DNA of 64,000 nucleotides from a virus: IMG/VR virus record IMGVR_UViG_3300042399_001709, positions 16,784 to 80,783 of that record; one strand, 5' to 3'. Shown piece by piece: positions 56,485 to 64,000 of this stretch (position 1 is its first letter; each line of letters starts with the position of its first letter). The notes under the pieces were generated by a model. It saw only the letters and a program-made list of their open reading frames with translations, ran no database searches and was not told where the DNA came from. The position numbers and the translations under genes were made by a program.

Positions 56485-56942
56485 TGTTTGACATCTTGGT
56501 AGCGATTGGCTCTATCAGCTATGTGCTTCGCTTCTTTACTATGCTTTCTGGGTATAAAGCTACTGAACCGGCTCCGCTTCCTGCCCATCCATTTCCGGAA
56601 CATCCCCCGGCTCAGGAGAGCGAAATCCAAACGGGGTGTTAATCCATCGCACGCTGAACTCTGCGCCTGAGGCGTCAGGGTCGGTGTGGTTGACATCTGC
56701 CCCAATCATCAGGAGAGCTTCGATAGGATTCGTGGCAATGTCGTAGAACCCGGCAGTCGAGGTGATGTGCCAAGTCTCGGGGTTGCCGGGGCGATACACT
56801 ACAAAGTAATCCATGCGTTCAGAGTGGCGTACGCACAGGCCAAACGCCACAGGACGACAATCTACCGGTTGTTTAGCACTACAGGTGCGATACAATCGAC
56901 ATACGAGCCGAGCGTCTCTCGGTACCGGAACAGGGAGAATCT

Positions 56943-57398
56943 ATGGAAAACAGGAACGATAGTATGTATCAGGACTACTTCGGTGGTATGACACTTCAGG
57001 ATGTCGCCGACAAGTACGGCGTGACCCGACAGCGGGTTCAGCAGATCATCAAGGCCAGTGGCCTTCCAAAGCGTCCGCGAATGAGCGGCGGGATGAAGCT
57101 CCGGAAGTTTGATTACGCTAAGATCGCGCAGCACATTCAGGAGAATCAGGCGACCGTTCAGGCGGCAGCTTCATTTTTCGGGTGCTCTATTAGTACCGTG
57201 ACAAACGCGCTCTACAATCAGGGCGTCACGCCGAACAAGAAGGTTCGTTTCACCACGGCCGTAGTTGCTGACATTGTTAGCCGCTATCAGGCCGGTGAGA
57301 AGCTCCGCCTTATCGGTGAGACCTATGAGACGAGCGCGCAGTACATCAACACCGTGCTTCGTCGCAACGGAGCTATCGCCGGTCGAAGGAGCAAGTAA
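56943..57398 (+). CDS. multi-HTH DNA-binding protein
   Basis: MTLQDVADKYGVTRQRVQQII plus two further HTH-like units. Confidence 0.75.
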   Translation: MENRNDSMYQDYFGGMTLQDVADKYGVTRQRVQQIIKASGLPKRPRMSGGMKLRKFDYAKIAQHIQENQATVQAAASFFGCSISTVTNALYNQGVTPNKKVRFTTAVVADIVSRYQAGEKLRLIGETYETSAQYINTVLRRNGAIAGRRSK

Positions 57399-57689
57399 AT
57401 GACAGAACCCACTGATCGCCTGTTCACCGAAGAAGAGTTTCTTCAGTACTCAGCTTTCAGGAAGGGTTTGTATCGGCACAACGCCTACCGGAACTCAGTA
57501 TCGCGGTACATTTGGCAGAACAAGTGGTACTCGTGGTATCGACTTACCGGGTGGGCTGATTGGGCTGAGCAGGAAGCGCGTAGAGAGTTTGTGCCGGCCA
57601 AGCCGCTACCGGCGTGGTCAGTCGAGAAGCTTCAGGCTATTGCCGAGGAGTATGATCGTCGACATCCACGGAAGGCACGAAAGGGTTAA
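57399..57689 (+). CDS. hypothetical protein
   Basis: Adjacent ORF with AGGAG SD. Confidence 0.55.
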   Translation: MTEPTDRLFTEEEFLQYSAFRKGLYRHNAYRNSVSRYIWQNKWYSWYRLTGWADWAEQEARREFVPAKPLPAWSVEKLQAIAEEYDRRHPRKARKG

Positions 57690-57712
57690 GGAATCTTAAC
57701 CGAGATGGGGTA

Positions 57713-57780
57713 TTGACAAGTCCGGCGGGGCGGCATTATGCTTGCCCTGCCGAACTTTTTCGGTAGGAAGTAGTAGGAGG
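57713..57780 (+). promoter_or_regulatory. sigma70 promoter, hairpin and SD
   Basis: TTGACA-18-TATGCT; GCCGAA-CTTT-TTCGGT; GTAGTAGGAGG. Confidence 0.65.
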
Positions 57781-57784
57781 CATT

Positions 57785-58228
57785 ATGGGATACGACATTT
57801 ACTCAATGCGAGAGGACAGGGAGAAGTCGCTAGCCTTTGCTAAGAAGGCAACGCCGTGGATTTTTGGCGACAGCGATGAAGCTCCTGACTATTGGCGCAA
57901 CACGGCCTATTACCGGATGAACATTGGCGGTATGGGCATCCTTCGCAAGATCAACGAGCTTCTTGGCGTAGGCTTTCTCAATGAGGCCTTGTGGGATAAC
58001 TCTGGTACGGTCATCCGTGATTGGGAGTGCTTTGATGCTTGGGAGATTCTTGCCAAGAAGGATGACCTTGAGATTCGCGCTGCGGTGATTGAGGCCTTGT
58101 CTAGCGACCCGCACGCCTCGTTCCTTATCGACAAGGATGGTGAGGTTCAGGGGTGGATTGAGGAAGTTCGCCATTGGCAGGAATACCTTCACATCTGCTC
58201 TGATTTGAAGGGTTGCGAAGTATTGTGA
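57785..58228 (+). CDS. hypothetical protein
   Basis: MGYDIY...YYRMNIGGM; strong SD. Confidence 0.65.
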   Translation: MGYDIYSMREDREKSLAFAKKATPWIFGDSDEAPDYWRNTAYYRMNIGGMGILRKINELLGVGFLNEALWDNSGTVIRDWECFDAWEILAKKDDLEIRAAVIEALSSDPHASFLIDKDGEVQGWIEEVRHWQEYLHICSDLKGCEVL

Positions 58229-58301
58229 TTGTGCTATTCTGGTTGTTGGTCGGGCTTCTGACCTTGTATGTATGGCGGCTTACGAGCCGGTAGGAGGTTC
58301 T

Positions 58302-58571
58302 ATGGAGGACTTGGTTATCACTTATCACCACGATCCGGCACACGGCTGGCTCGAAGTGAAGCGTGAGCTTGTAGAGATGCTTGGGATTCAGGGGCTTATC
58401 ACCTCATACTCGTATCAGAAGGGCGACCGCCTGTTCTTGGAGGAGGATGCCGACGCATCATTGCTCATCCGCTCTCTTGGCGAGCTTGGCATCAAGTACA
58501 CGACGATTGACCGGCACACCAACGCCGATCATTGGATTCGCGCACTTGACCGATACAGCGCGTTGGCTTAG
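58302..58571 (+). CDS. conserved early protein (DPxHGWL...LEED family)
   Basis: HDPAHGWLEV...SYSYQ...FLEEDADA. Confidence 0.7.
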   Translation: MEDLVITYHHDPAHGWLEVKRELVEMLGIQGLITSYSYQKGDRLFLEEDADASLLIRSLGELGIKYTTIDRHTNADHWIRALDRYSALA

Positions 58572-58611
58572 TATTGCTCTACGGCACTTGCCGTGATGAT
58601 GTAGGAAGGAG
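58546..58611 (+). promoter_or_regulatory. sigma70 promoter, ACUU hairpin and SD
   Basis: TTGACC-17-TAGTAT; ACGGC-ACTT-GCCGT; GTAGGAAGGAG. Confidence 0.7.
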
Positions 58612-58618
58612 TAGGACA

Positions 58619-59122
58619 ATGGGATACTATGTAAGTGGCAATGGTCATCTGGTCATCAAGAAGGAGAATCTTGCTGCGGCCTATGAAGCGTTGATGGCAC
58701 TCAACGACGCACCGGACAGCGCAAAGCGCGGCGGGTCGTACAGCGGCGGCAAGCAGCACTCGTCGTGGTTCTCGTGGATGCCAGCCGACCTTCGTGAACT
58801 CGCAGACACGAAGGCCGTGTTTGAGCAGTTGGGTTTTGAGACGATGGATCACCACGGCGACCTCGTGATTACCTGCTACGACAATAAGTCCGGTCAGGAG
58901 GAAGTGTTCTTTGCCGCCGCCGCTCCGTTCATTGAGAACGGCGAATACGAGTGGACAGGCGAGGATGGCGCGTTCTGGGAGTGGACTTTTGTTGAGGGCA
59001 AGATGTATCAGCGCAATGGGATTCGTGAGTATGGCGAGGAGCGCGAGGTTAGCGTGCCGGGGCTTCATCGTGAGCAGGTTGAGATGATGGAGCGCATTGA
59101 GGCCTCGTTCGGCAAGAAGTAA
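58619..59122 (+). CDS. hypothetical protein
   Basis: MGYYV...W.GEDG..W.W.F..GK. Confidence 0.65.
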   Translation: MGYYVSGNGHLVIKKENLAAAYEALMALNDAPDSAKRGGSYSGGKQHSSWFSWMPADLRELADTKAVFEQLGFETMDHHGDLVITCYDNKSGQEEVFFAAAAPFIENGEYEWTGEDGAFWEWTFVEGKMYQRNGIREYGEEREVSVPGLHREQVEMMERIEASFGKK

Positions 59123-59125
59123 AAC

Positions 59126-59190
59126 TTGACTTGGCTACGCCTATCCATTAGTGTTAGGCGTAGCCCAGTTGGGTGAGGAAGTAAGGAGGA
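59126..59190 (+). promoter_or_regulatory. sigma70 promoter, AGUU hairpin and SD
   Basis: TTGACT-17-TAGTGT; GCCC-AGTT-GGGT; TAAGGAGG. Confidence 0.7.
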
Positions 59191-59195
59191 CAAAG

Positions 59196-59411
59196 ATGAG
59201 CAACGAGCATTTGGTAGCTACCGCATCGTGCGACTTCTGCGATAAGCCGATGGCGTACTGGGCGGATAACAACTGGTCAGGGGTGGCATCGCGCTATTGC
59301 GAAACCTGCGAGGAGAAGCGTGCCGAGAAGTATGGCTGCGCAATGCTGCTTGCCGAGGGCGCAACTTGCGAGGATGGCATTTGCGGCTGCGGCGAAACGG
59401 GGGTGTACTAA
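59196..59411 (+). CDS. Cys-rich hypothetical protein
   Basis: SD; CDFC, CETC. Confidence 0.55.
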   Translation: MSNEHLVATASCDFCDKPMAYWADNNWSGVASRYCETCEEKRAEKYGCAMLLAEGATCEDGICGCGETGVY

Positions 59412-59764
59412 TGAGCAACATTGAGTTCTGGGATTCACTAGACGACATCTTGCTGCGCTTCCATACCGATACCGAGGCCTATGTGATGGGGCCGGAGAAG
59501 GTAGGCCGGTGGTGCTGTAATACTTGTTCAGCTGCGGAGATTAGCCTGATGGCGCAAGAGGATAATGTTAGCGACCCAATGTATTTCTTTTATCACGACC
59601 AGAATCTTACAGACCAGAACGATGAGCTTCCCGACTATTGCCATCTGGGGTGGTCAGGAGGCCAGCGCGCACTCGACCTTATCAAGCAGTATTGCGATTA
59701 CTACGCACTAGTGGTAGAGTTGCCTGAGAACGAGGACACTAAGATTCTCGTCAAGGCTCAGTAG
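59411..59764 (+). CDS. hypothetical protein
   Basis: TAATG overlap; WCCNTC...FYHDQ. Confidence 0.6.
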   Translation: MSNIEFWDSLDDILLRFHTDTEAYVMGPEKVGRWCCNTCSAAEISLMAQEDNVSDPMYFFYHDQNLTDQNDELPDYCHLGWSGGQRALDLIKQYCDYYALVVELPENEDTKILVKAQ

Positions 59765-59772
59765 GAGGGTTT

Positions 59773-60270
59773 ATGGCAAAGAGGAAGCCTAATAGCATCG
59801 CGGAAACCGGTATGTGGTCGGACTATGAGTATTCGGTCGTTCGCAAGAAGTTGAGCAACAAGTCGGCCATCATCACCTCGCCACGCGAGTTGGTTGCGCT
59901 GTTCCGCGAGTTCGCGGATACGGAGATGTCTGAGGCTCTGTTCGTTGTCGCCGTTGGCGGTCGCAACAACCTGCTTGGGATTCATCGTATCTACTCTGGT
60001 ACTGCGACCGGAACTTCGGTGCGGATTGGTGAACTGCTCCGCTCCGCGCTGATGATGGGGGCGGTCGGTTTCGCGCTCGTTCACAATCACCCTTCTGGTG
60101 AGTGCGACGCTTCCGATGAGGACATCAGGCTCACGGCTGATGTGGCGAAGGCCGCAACGCTGCTTGATGTTCAGTTCCTTGACCATCTGGTCGTCGGGGC
60201 GAACGGCGCGTTCACGAGTATCCGTTCACAGAAGCCGAGTATGTTTGAGGACAGCAGCACCCTGAACTAA
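59773..60270 (+). CDS. RadC-like JAB domain protein
   Basis: E...HNHPSG...S.ED...T...LDHLVVG. Confidence 0.9.
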   Translation: MAKRKPNSIAETGMWSDYEYSVVRKKLSNKSAIITSPRELVALFREFADTEMSEALFVVAVGGRNNLLGIHRIYSGTATGTSVRIGELLRSALMMGAVGFALVHNHPSGECDASDEDIRLTADVAKAATLLDVQFLDHLVVGANGAFTSIRSQKPSMFEDSSTLN

Positions 60271-60310
60271 CTACGACTTGTAGGGGGGTGTCCTCCCTCC
60301 CGCGAGTCCT

Positions 60311-60349
60311 ATCCCCCCGGCGGAGTCCTCCCGCCGGGGGATTCTTTTT
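60311..60349 (+). terminator. intrinsic terminator
   Basis: CCCCCGGCGG-loop-CCGCCGGGGG followed by ATTCTTTTT. Confidence 0.8.
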
Positions 60350-60382
60350 GTAGCTCGACATCATCAGGCCACGCTATTCATA

Positions 60383-60414
60383 CGCGACCCCCATACCCCA
60401 TACCCCACACCCCA
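60383..60414. repeat. (ATACCCC)n C-tract repeat
   Basis: CGCGACCCCCATACCCCATACCCCACACCCCA; related copies at 63156 and 63869. Confidence 0.75.
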
Positions 60415-60456
60415 AAATAGTTAAGATTCCTTACACAAACCTTATCCGCAACTTAC

Positions 60457-60485
60457 TTGACTTGCTGATACGCCTGTGAGAAACT
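60457..60485 (+). promoter_or_regulatory. sigma70-type promoter for the putative ncRNA
   Basis: TTGACT-17-GAAACT; no SD or ORF follows. Confidence 0.55.
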
Positions 60486-60491
60486 CCTTGT

Positions 60492-61022
60492 GTCGGGAGC
60501 AATCCTAGGAGAAGCTACCGACTAGGTGAGAGTGTTAGGAACAAAGCACGCAGCCAAATAAATGCGAAGTGGTTCAGGCGAGTGATGGGCTCTAATCGCT
60601 GCTGTAAATGCGGGAGAGCAAGATTGTAAGTGGAAGCCGGAAGGTTTAGGCCAATACCGGCGGAAGCGAATAGTCTACTGAAACTTTTGGGGGCGACGGC
60701 TCCTGAAGGTTTCAGGACATAAGGCCGGTGAGCTACCGGTCTGGGAGTCAGGCCTTCGGGCTTGACTCCCTTATTCTTATGTTGTAGTCTTGTATTCCGT
60801 TCCGGGTAGAGGCCGGATAGTTGGCAGATAGACGAACTGCCCGAGACGATAAGGCCACCGAGCTTGGGTCTAACCAACAGGGGTGTCGGTGGCAGCAACC
60901 AGGCGAGAGCCGATGTTGCCTCTGCTGTCCATAGTGGTAAGGCAGGGATAAGCGTCAATACCGCGAAAGGGTTTGGGGGGTGTCGCAACTTGGGAGTGGT
61001 TCCCCTAGGCGACTCCCCCCTT
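60492..61022 (+). ncRNA. putative large structured noncoding RNA (about 530 nt)
   Basis: No + strand ORF of 60 aa or more in a gene-dense region; many helices with G:U pairs; C(UUCG)G and GNRA tetraloops; own promoter. Confidence 0.7.
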
Positions 61023-61027
61023 CATAC

Positions 61028-61092
61028 TTGACGGCGTGAATCGTTGGGTGTAGTGTTCGTCGTACCGGTGATTGCCGGCGTAGAGGAAGGAG
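61028..61092 (+). promoter_or_regulatory. sigma70 promoter, GAUU hairpin and SD
   Basis: TTGACG-17-TAGTGT; CCGGT-GATT-GCCGG; GTAGAGGAAGGAG. Confidence 0.7.
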
Positions 61093-61099
61093 AGGACAG

Positions 61100-61405
61100 A
61101 TGGACTTGTTTGAGATTCCGGTTGGTGAGCCACAAGAAAGCACCTGCGCGTGCCGTTGTGGTTGTGAGGTTCCGTTGTCCGGTGGTACTTGCGTTGATTG
61201 CGGCGAGGGTACGCACCAGAACAACAACGGCCTTGATGATTTCCGCACTTGCGACAATGCGAACCGGTGGCCTGAGTGGTCGCACGCAGGAGTGAAGGCG
61301 CGGCCTTTCCGCTATGGGTGGAACGGCTATGAGAACGCCTATGAGGAGTCGGTGGATTTGTGCGACGAGTGCTTTGTCGCGTGGCAGGAAGTTGGGTGGA
61401 ACTAA
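61100..61405 (+). CDS. Cys-rich hypothetical protein
   Basis: SD; several Cys pairs. Confidence 0.6.
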   Translation: MDLFEIPVGEPQESTCACRCGCEVPLSGGTCVDCGEGTHQNNNGLDDFRTCDNANRWPEWSHAGVKARPFRYGWNGYENAYEESVDLCDECFVAWQEVGWN

Positions 61406-61764
61406 TGAGCAGGAACGACGCGGCCTTCTTTACGCCGTATCACGATTGCGAACCGGTGTGGTTCTCCGACGATAAGAGCGTGGTCATTTACCGCAACGGC
61501 GAGATGAGGATTCACCTTACCGAGCCAGACGGCAGCACGAGCGTTCTCCGGTATACGAACGACCTTGACGCGAAGGGGCTTGATACTGACGAGAAGCTCG
61601 CTGACGCTGAGAAGTCCGGCGCACTTGAGTTCCACAATAATCCGTGGTTCGAGGTCGTCTATCACGACAACGAGGAAGGCGAAGTCTTTATTGGCCTTGA
61701 TGAGGCCAAGAGGTACGCCGAAGGGATTGTCGCCAAGTATGCCGAGTGGCAGGAGAAGGTATGA
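61405..61764 (+). CDS. hypothetical protein
   Basis: TAATG overlap; NGEMRI...NNPWFE. Confidence 0.65.
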   Translation: MSRNDAAFFTPYHDCEPVWFSDDKSVVIYRNGEMRIHLTEPDGSTSVLRYTNDLDAKGLDTDEKLADAEKSGALEFHNNPWFEVVYHDNEEGEVFIGLDEAKRYAEGIVAKYAEWQEKV

Positions 61765-62060
61765 GCGTCTACCGGAGCTTCCCCTCTGGGGCGTGGGTGG
61801 TCAGCGACATCGTAGGTGGGTACTTGACGACCAGAACCTACTATGGATACACTCGTTCAGAAGCCGTACGGAAGTTCCGTGCGGAAGTAGTGAAGGAAGG
61901 TGTGGAAGTGAGCAGGAACGCTTGTTCTTGGTGCGGGAGTGAGGTTGATGATGAGCAGCAGTACGAGTCGCGCATTTGCGCGGAGTGCTTTGCTGACGCT
62001 CAGGTATCGGCCTTAGAGGAGATTGGCGTACAGGAAGGACGAGATAATGGGGCGATTTGA
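61761..62060 (+). CDS. hypothetical protein
   Basis: ATGA overlap; YYGYTRSEA..KFR. Confidence 0.6.
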   Translation: MSVYRSFPSGAWVVSDIVGGYLTTRTYYGYTRSEAVRKFRAEVVKEGVEVSRNACSWCGSEVDDEQQYESRICAECFADAQVSALEEIGVQEGRDNGAI

Positions 62061-62271
62061 TTGGCCTTACGACGAACTCGATGTGTTGGCGTTTGCTCGC
62101 GCAATGATTCGCGGCGGCTATGCCGAGTTTGCCGAGTCGGATTACCGGTGCGAGTTGGTGATTGACCTCATTGAGCGTCCGTGGAAGTGGCGCGTGGAGC
62201 TTGACGCTTGGGTGGCAGCCGAACGCCCTGAATCCTTTGACCCAACTGAGGCCTTGACGACAGCCCAATAG
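62047..62271 (+). CDS. hypothetical protein
   Basis: IERPWKW motif. Confidence 0.55.
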   Translation: MGRFDWPYDELDVLAFARAMIRGGYAEFAESDYRCELVIDLIERPWKWRVELDAWVAAERPESFDPTEALTTAQ

Positions 62272-62319
62272 TGGGTGTAGTGTTCAGTAGTCGGCACTTG
62301 CCGGCGTAGTAGGAAGGAG
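62254..62319 (+). promoter_or_regulatory. sigma70 promoter, ACUU hairpin and SD
   Basis: TTGACG-18-TAGTGT; GTCGGC-ACTT-GCCGGC; GTAGTAGGAAGGAG. Confidence 0.7.
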
Positions 62320-62325
62320 TACCTG

Positions 62326-62565
62326 ATGAGTAGGGATGAGAACGAAGTACTAGAAGTTCCGTTCAGCAAGTTCTATGTCGCGGTAGCGCGGAAGGTTGAG
62401 GCCAAGTGCGGCCTTCTCCCTGACGACCTGCCGGATGTAGACTTCCGGGGGTTCTATCCCGGAGAGCGCGCGACCTTTGGTGATTACAAGGAAGCCGTGC
62501 GTGCGTGTATGATTGAGGTGTTGGAGAACGCCGGATACCCATTAGAGGAGAGCGAGTATGAGTAA
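62326..62565 (+). CDS. hypothetical protein
   Basis: Strong SD; DDLPD. Confidence 0.65.
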   Translation: MSRDENEVLEVPFSKFYVAVARKVEAKCGLLPDDLPDVDFRGFYPGERATFGDYKEAVRACMIEVLENAGYPLEESEYE

Positions 62566-62752
62566 GTCGTATCGGGATTACCCTTCTTGCGTACAAGATT
62601 TTCGCAAGCCAACCTATCACCCGCTTATCACGAAGTCGCAGTATCAGCGCGACACCGAGGATTGGGTTCATCGCCGTCGCCGTGAGGAGATTACTTGGCG
62701 TGTAGCTTCTCTGGTAGTGCTTGCGGTGTTTGCGTTCTTGGTGCTAGACTAG
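62558..62752 (+). CDS. small protein with a C-terminal TM helix
   Basis: GAGGAG SD; hydrophobic C-terminus. Confidence 0.55.
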   Translation: MSKSYRDYPSCVQDFRKPTYHPLITKSQYQRDTEDWVHRRRREEITWRVASLVVLAVFAFLVLD

Positions 62753-62802
62753 TTCAGACCGAGCGCGTTGTCGTTCGGCAATAGCAGGAGAGGAGAGGAC
62801 AA

Positions 62803-63072
62803 ATGGCATTAGAAGGAACTGAGGCCTACGAGATGGATGAGGCCGGATACTTGCGTATTGACCTCGCGGATGACGCGTGGGTGGCCTTGATGAGCACCGA
62901 CGGCGTGAACTTTGGCGGTACGCTGTGGAAGCGCGCCGATGACGGCTACGACTACTCCGCCGGTTGTACGGCAGGGTATCCCGTGCTCGGCAAGTACGAC
63001 AGCACCGAAACCACGGCCAAGATGGTCGCACGCTTTATCCTGATGGAGAGCGGCGAGGAGCCCTTTATCTAA
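62803..63072 (+). CDS. hypothetical protein
   Basis: AGGAGAGG SD. Confidence 0.6.
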   Translation: MALEGTEAYEMDEAGYLRIDLADDAWVALMSTDGVNFGGTLWKRADDGYDYSAGCTAGYPVLGKYDSTETTAKMVARFILMESGEEPFI

Positions 63073-63099
63073 GCCGGGAAACCTTCCCCCGGTATCACA

Positions 63100-63129
63100 C
63101 CCCCAGAGCTCATCCCTCTGGGGGTTTTT
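63100..63129 (+). terminator. intrinsic terminator
   Basis: CCCCCAGAG-loop-CTCTGGGGG followed by TTTTT. Confidence 0.8.
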
Positions 63130-63229
63130 ATTATTCATTATTCACGCGCACTCTCTACCCCATACCCCGCACCCCAGAAGCTCGCCGGAGCGCGCGCCGG
63201 TACGCTGGCGGCCTACCCGCTATGGGGGC

Positions 63230-63297
63230 TTGCGCTCTGCTGTGGTTGGGTGTAGTATCTAATCACCGGAGCTTTCCGGCGTAGTAGGAAGGAAGGA
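63230..63297 (+). promoter_or_regulatory. sigma70 promoter, GCUU hairpin and SD
   Basis: TTGCGC-17-TAGTAT; CCGGA-GCTT-TCCGG; GTAGTAGGAAGG. Confidence 0.65.
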
Positions 63298-63301
63298 ACC
63301 T

Positions 63302-63757
63302 ATGAACACACAGCAAGCACTAGCAGCAGCGGCGAAGGCCGCAGGTAAGATTACGACTCTGACCGCGTGGAGCGATTGGACAACGCCGCGCACTTTGGAG
63401 CGTCGTGAGGAAGGCGCAGCAGGGCGACAGGCCGAGCACCGCGCGATTGGTCGGGTGAAGGTGTCCGGTGAAGCTCGCTACGATGAGAAGGGGCGCGTCG
63501 CGTTCCTGTTCACGGCTTCCGGTATGCTTGACCGCACGCAAGAGGCCACCGGAATCGTGCTGAACAAGAAGGGCGAGCCTACGCTCTCGCTCATCATTGG
63601 AGCACCTACGGAGTACGGATACACTACGGCCTGTCCGAACGCGGGAAAGCTCGGTACTGCTTGCGAGAAGCGGAAGCCGTTCCACGCGCACCGAACGGTG
63701 AACCTCACGCGCCTCGTGTCGTGGGTCATCGCGGGTGAGGAACAAGTCGAGGGCTAG
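63302..63757 (+). CDS. hypothetical protein
   Basis: 151 aa behind a promoter and SD, followed by a terminator. Confidence 0.65.
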   Translation: MNTQQALAAAAKAAGKITTLTAWSDWTTPRTLERREEGAAGRQAEHRAIGRVKVSGEARYDEKGRVAFLFTASGMLDRTQEATGIVLNKKGEPTLSLIIGAPTEYGYTTACPNAGKLGTACEKRKPFHAHRTVNLTRLVSWVIAGEEQVEG

Positions 63758-63774
63758 CGGCTCGCATTATCTCC

Positions 63775-63819
63775 GAGGCCGTCGCTCCCATCTGTGCGGG
63801 AGTGGCGGCCTCTCTCTTT
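63775..63819 (+). terminator. probable intrinsic terminator
   Basis: GAGGCCGTCGCTCCC-loop-GGGAGTGGCGGCCTC followed by TCTCTTT. Confidence 0.65.
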
Positions 63820-63941
63820 GTCGCAGCTCCGATTATCAGTTAGTCATTATTCAGGCCGTACCTGTACCCGCGACCCCATACCCCATACCCCAACACTTTG
63901 AGCTGCTGCGGGATAGGGCGGCGATAGGCCAGGGGGGGTGC

Positions 63942-63991
63942 TTGACTTCTCCGGTGGGTCGTGTATTCTCTATGAGTCGGGGCTTCCCGAT
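63942..63991 (+). promoter_or_regulatory. sigma70 promoter and GCUU hairpin (gene lies beyond the window)
   Basis: TTGACT-16-TATTCT; TCGGG-GCTT-CCCGA. Confidence 0.6.
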
Positions 63992-64000
63992 AGACACAGG

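Noticed and set aside
56484-56940. Gene content between 56.5 and 56.9 kb (competing + and - ORFs)
   Set aside because: I could not decide which frame is real, so no feature was called
60515-60988. 157-aa minus-strand ORF over the putative ncRNA
   Set aside because: Antisense to all neighbouring genes, no convincing SD or recognisable motif; the structure signals favour a + strand RNA
1-64000. Stop-codon reassignment
   Set aside because: Genes are long and tightly packed under the standard code, and TAA, TAG and TGA all end credible genes

Overview
A 64 kb segment of a large tailed dsDNA phage (siphovirus-like tail module; host not determinable from sequence). 1-24.8 kb (+): two tail-tube-like paralogues, a tail assembly chaperone pair with a -1 slippery site, a 4464-aa tape measure protein carrying extra enzyme-like domains, two large minor tail/fibre proteins, a C39-like endolysin candidate and a holin candidate. 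25-30.3 kb (-): a secreted FN3/Pro-Thr protein and more fibre/baseplate-like genes. 30.9-32.9 kb (+): an isolated terminase small/large pair. 33-52 kb (mostly -): accessory genes (S8 protease, sugar epimerase and glycosyltransferase-like genes, RlpA-like protein, ParB-N, zincin, methyltransferase-like, a sigma70 region-4-only protein) and a 72-nt tRNA/tmRNA-like element. A strand switch with GTTATTC repeats lies at about 52.3 kb. 52.5-64 kb (+): short early-type genes behind many near-consensus sigma70 promoters, most followed by a covarying RNUU-loop hairpin, plus a roughly 530-nt ORF-free, highly structured putative ncRNA (60.5-61.0 kb). No CRISPR array, integrase, reverse transcriptase, rRNA, capsid or portal gene was recognised. 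All family calls come from motif recognition by eye, not database searches.
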